Below, piece after piece: positions 62,274 through 64,000 of a stretch of DNA of 64,000 nt (positions within the stretch are counted from its first letter, which is position 1; the number at the start of each line of letters is the position of its first letter). Location: NCBI RefSeq assembly GCF_965641715.1, contig NZ_OZ282453.1; one strand, written 5' to 3'. A program made the position numbers and the translations under genes. The notes under the pieces are model-generated. The model saw nothing but the letters and a program-made list of their open reading frames with translations. It did no database searches and had not been told where the DNA came from. The DNA is from Escherichia coli (GTDB lineage: Bacteria; Pseudomonadota; Gammaproteobacteria; Enterobacterales; Enterobacteriaceae).

Positions 62274-63329
62274 TCATGCTTTCCACTTCAGGACACCCGA
62301 ATTTCTCGCGTGCATTAAAAAACGAATCAGCAACAACAGCTGGCTGCCGTGTTTTTCTTCAAAATCTTTTACCCCGGCGTGCAGTTCGTTATGACATTTA
62401 CGGCACAGCGGAATAACAAACAAATCATCAGCCTTTGTTCCCATCCCTCCCAGTCCATGACCAATGATGTGATGCGGATCATCTGCCTGATTACCGCACG
62501 TCATGCATTTCTGCGTTTTTACCCAACGCGTGTATACAGGCATCTCTTCCCGTTGTGGTTTCTGGCGCTGGAGATACTGAGCCGGTGACTCCGGATCAAC
62601 GGCAATGCTGACCACCGTCTTTTCCTGTGGCGGGTTTTGCTGGTGGGCGTGAGGCAGCGGCGCAAGATTTTTTGTGCACTGCTTCAGTATGCTGGTGGCG
62701 GTCTGCTCTCCCGGTACGATGTCGCTTTCACGGTACATTGGGCGGATTTTTTCCGCACGCAACCCCAGCGAACGACGTAATACCGCTTCCGGTAGCGCGT
62801 CCGCCACCTGATTGCGGACCGCCCACCAGGATAATTCAGCCAGCGATAATTCCCGCTCCTGTGTGCCATTCATTGCGTGACGGATGACGTCAATCATCCA
62901 TGCTGACAGGTTTTGTTGAGCAAGTTGCCCGAGTGACTCTGATGTCTGGTCGCGCAGCTGGTTGTCACAGTGCCAGCACAATACCATCGCGCCAGTACCG
63001 TAACGATGTATGACGGTTTCACTGTGATGGTAGTCACCATGAGGCCACTGGCAGGATTTAATATGACGCAGGAGCCAGTCAGACAATGCGCCTGCGCCGC
63101 CAGCAGCACGAATCACCCGTTCGTCGCTGAAAAATGGCAGTAATGATTTATCTTCCATCAGTGGCTGGCGAACGGCAGGAACAATCCCGGATGGCAGACC
63201 GCGCATGCTTTTCGGTTCCGGCTCCACCAGCACTCGAGGGTTATGAAATACCTGCATGGATTCACGGCCCGGCTTTAGCACCACCAGCCCAAGTTCCGGT
63301 ACCGGAACAGGTCGAAGTAATACCCGCAC
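62274..63329 (-). CDS. DUF968 / YdfU-like phage protein with Cys-His zinc-finger-like motif
   Basis: 351 aa; CMTCGNQADDPHHIIGHG...CRKCHNELH. Confidence 0.55.
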   Translation of the reverse strand: MRVLLRPVPVPELGLVVLKPGRESMQVFHNPRVLVEPEPKSMRGLPSGIVPAVRQPLMEDKSLLPFFSDERVIRAAGGAGALSDWLLRHIKSCQWPHGDYHHSETVIHRYGTGAMVLCWHCDNQLRDQTSESLGQLAQQNLSAWMIDVIRHAMNGTQERELSLAELSWWAVRNQVADALPEAVLRRSLGLRAEKIRPMYRESDIVPGEQTATSILKQCTKNLAPLPHAHQQNPPQEKTVVSIAVDPESPAQYLQRQKPQREEMPVYTRWVKTQKCMTCGNQADDPHHIIGHGLGGMGTKADDLFVIPLCRKCHNELHAGVKDFEEKHGSQLLLLIRFLMHARNSGVLKWKA

Positions 63330-63330
63330 G

Positions 63331-63738
63331 TTACCTCCAGATCCGTTGCTGGAATGTGCGGGACGGACGCGGTGGGCGTTCGGAGTAAGGAAGCCTGACG
63401 GAGATTATCCAGTGACGATAATCGAGGCTGAGGGCTTTCTTAATCTCGTATCCGTGTCTGCGGTAGCACTGAATTAGCCATTCAGCTTGTTCTTCAGTAC
63501 ATGGGGGATGCTGGTACCAATCAGATTTAAATGCGTGAGAGCGCCGCCCGTGCCTGCTGGCAAAGACGGCTGAATTATCAGAATTGTGTAATTTGGTATC
63601 GTGCGCCATCGGTTGTCTCTGCTGGCGCAGCAGGTGCCAGTTGTTCAGGCTGGCGTGCGAATTGTAAACCAGAATGCCAGGAAAAAACAAAACCCGCCGA
63701 AGCGGGTTAAGTGCGGGTGCGTTGAGGATGCCTGACAC
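63331..63738 (-). CDS. Hypothetical nin-region phage protein
   Basis: 135-aa ORF; start uncertain. Confidence 0.35.
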   Translation of the reverse strand: MSGILNAPALNPLRRVLFFPGILVYNSHASLNNWHLLRQQRQPMAHDTKLHNSDNSAVFASRHGRRSHAFKSDWYQHPPCTEEQAEWLIQCYRRHGYEIKKALSLDYRHWIISVRLPYSERPPRPSRTFQQRIWR

Positions 63739-63776
63739 ATCAGAGGTGGCGAGGGATTTCTCCCCCGCCAGGTCTC

Positions 63777-63932
63777 TTACTCCTCAGGTTCGTAAGCTGT
63801 GAAGACAGCGACCCCCGTCTGGCCGGTTCGGATTCGTACCTCGCAGAGGTCTTTCCTCGTTACCAGTGCCGTCACAATGACGGTTAAACAGATGACGATC
63901 AGGGCGATTAACATCGCCTTTTGCTGCTTCAT
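63777..63932 (-). CDS. hok: Hok/Gef-family type I toxin
   Basis: MKQQKAMLIALIVICLTVIVTALVTRKDLCEVRIRTGQTGVAVFTAYEPEE matches Hok-family sequence; the longer 63777-63989 ORF corresponds to the overlapping mok frame. Confidence 0.8.
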   Translation of the reverse strand: MKQQKAMLIALIVICLTVIVTALVTRKDLCEVRIRTGQTGVAVFTAYEPEE

Positions 63933-64000
63933 AGCCTGCTTCTCCTTGCCTTTCGGCACGTAAGAGGCTAACCTAGATTTGCCGTTCATAGATTGAGCCT

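Larger units (their letters stand above)
21317..64000 (-). mobile_element. Lambdoid prophage (HK97-type head, lambda-type tail), partial; continues past window end; contains a nested satellite at 41189-56252
   Basis: Contiguous minus-strand block of tail fibre, Lom, J, I, K, L, M, tape measure, G/GT, V, head-tail, capsid, protease, portal, terL/terS, HNH, lysis, tRNAs, Q, RusA, hok; abuts core gene potB. Confidence 0.85.

Overview
Enterobacterial (E. coli-like) chromosome followed by a nested prophage region. All protein-family calls are from reading the six-frame translations and from memory of the families; no database search was run. Positions 1-21316 are a conserved core segment: ycgH fragment, ymgF, pdeG, ymgC-ariR-ymgA-ycgZ, bluF, bluR, ycgX, iraM, an intact icd with no e14 prophage, rluE, nudJ, mnmA, hflD, purB, phoPQ, roxA/ycfD, pepT, potA, potB. 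From about 21317 to the window end is a lambdoid prophage with an HK97-type head module and lambda-like tail (V, G/GT, tape measure, M, L, K, I, J, Lom, tail fibre), a lysis cassette, Ile/Arg tRNAs, Q, RusA and a hok toxin at the edge. The main finding is a ~15.06 kb tail-less element (41189-56252) inserted inside the prophage terminase large-subunit gene, flanked by a 7-bp direct repeat TTTGTGA. It encodes a P4-type integrase, AlpA-like regulators, a Bro-N protein, a primase/helicase with iterons, and its own capsid and packaging set (major capsid, protease, portal, connector, HNH, TerS, TerL) but no tail or lysis genes. This matches a capsid-forming phage satellite (cf-PICI/P4-like). Removing it in silico rejoins the two prophage terL fragments in frame. 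The prophage tape measure gene also carries an in-frame TAG stop.
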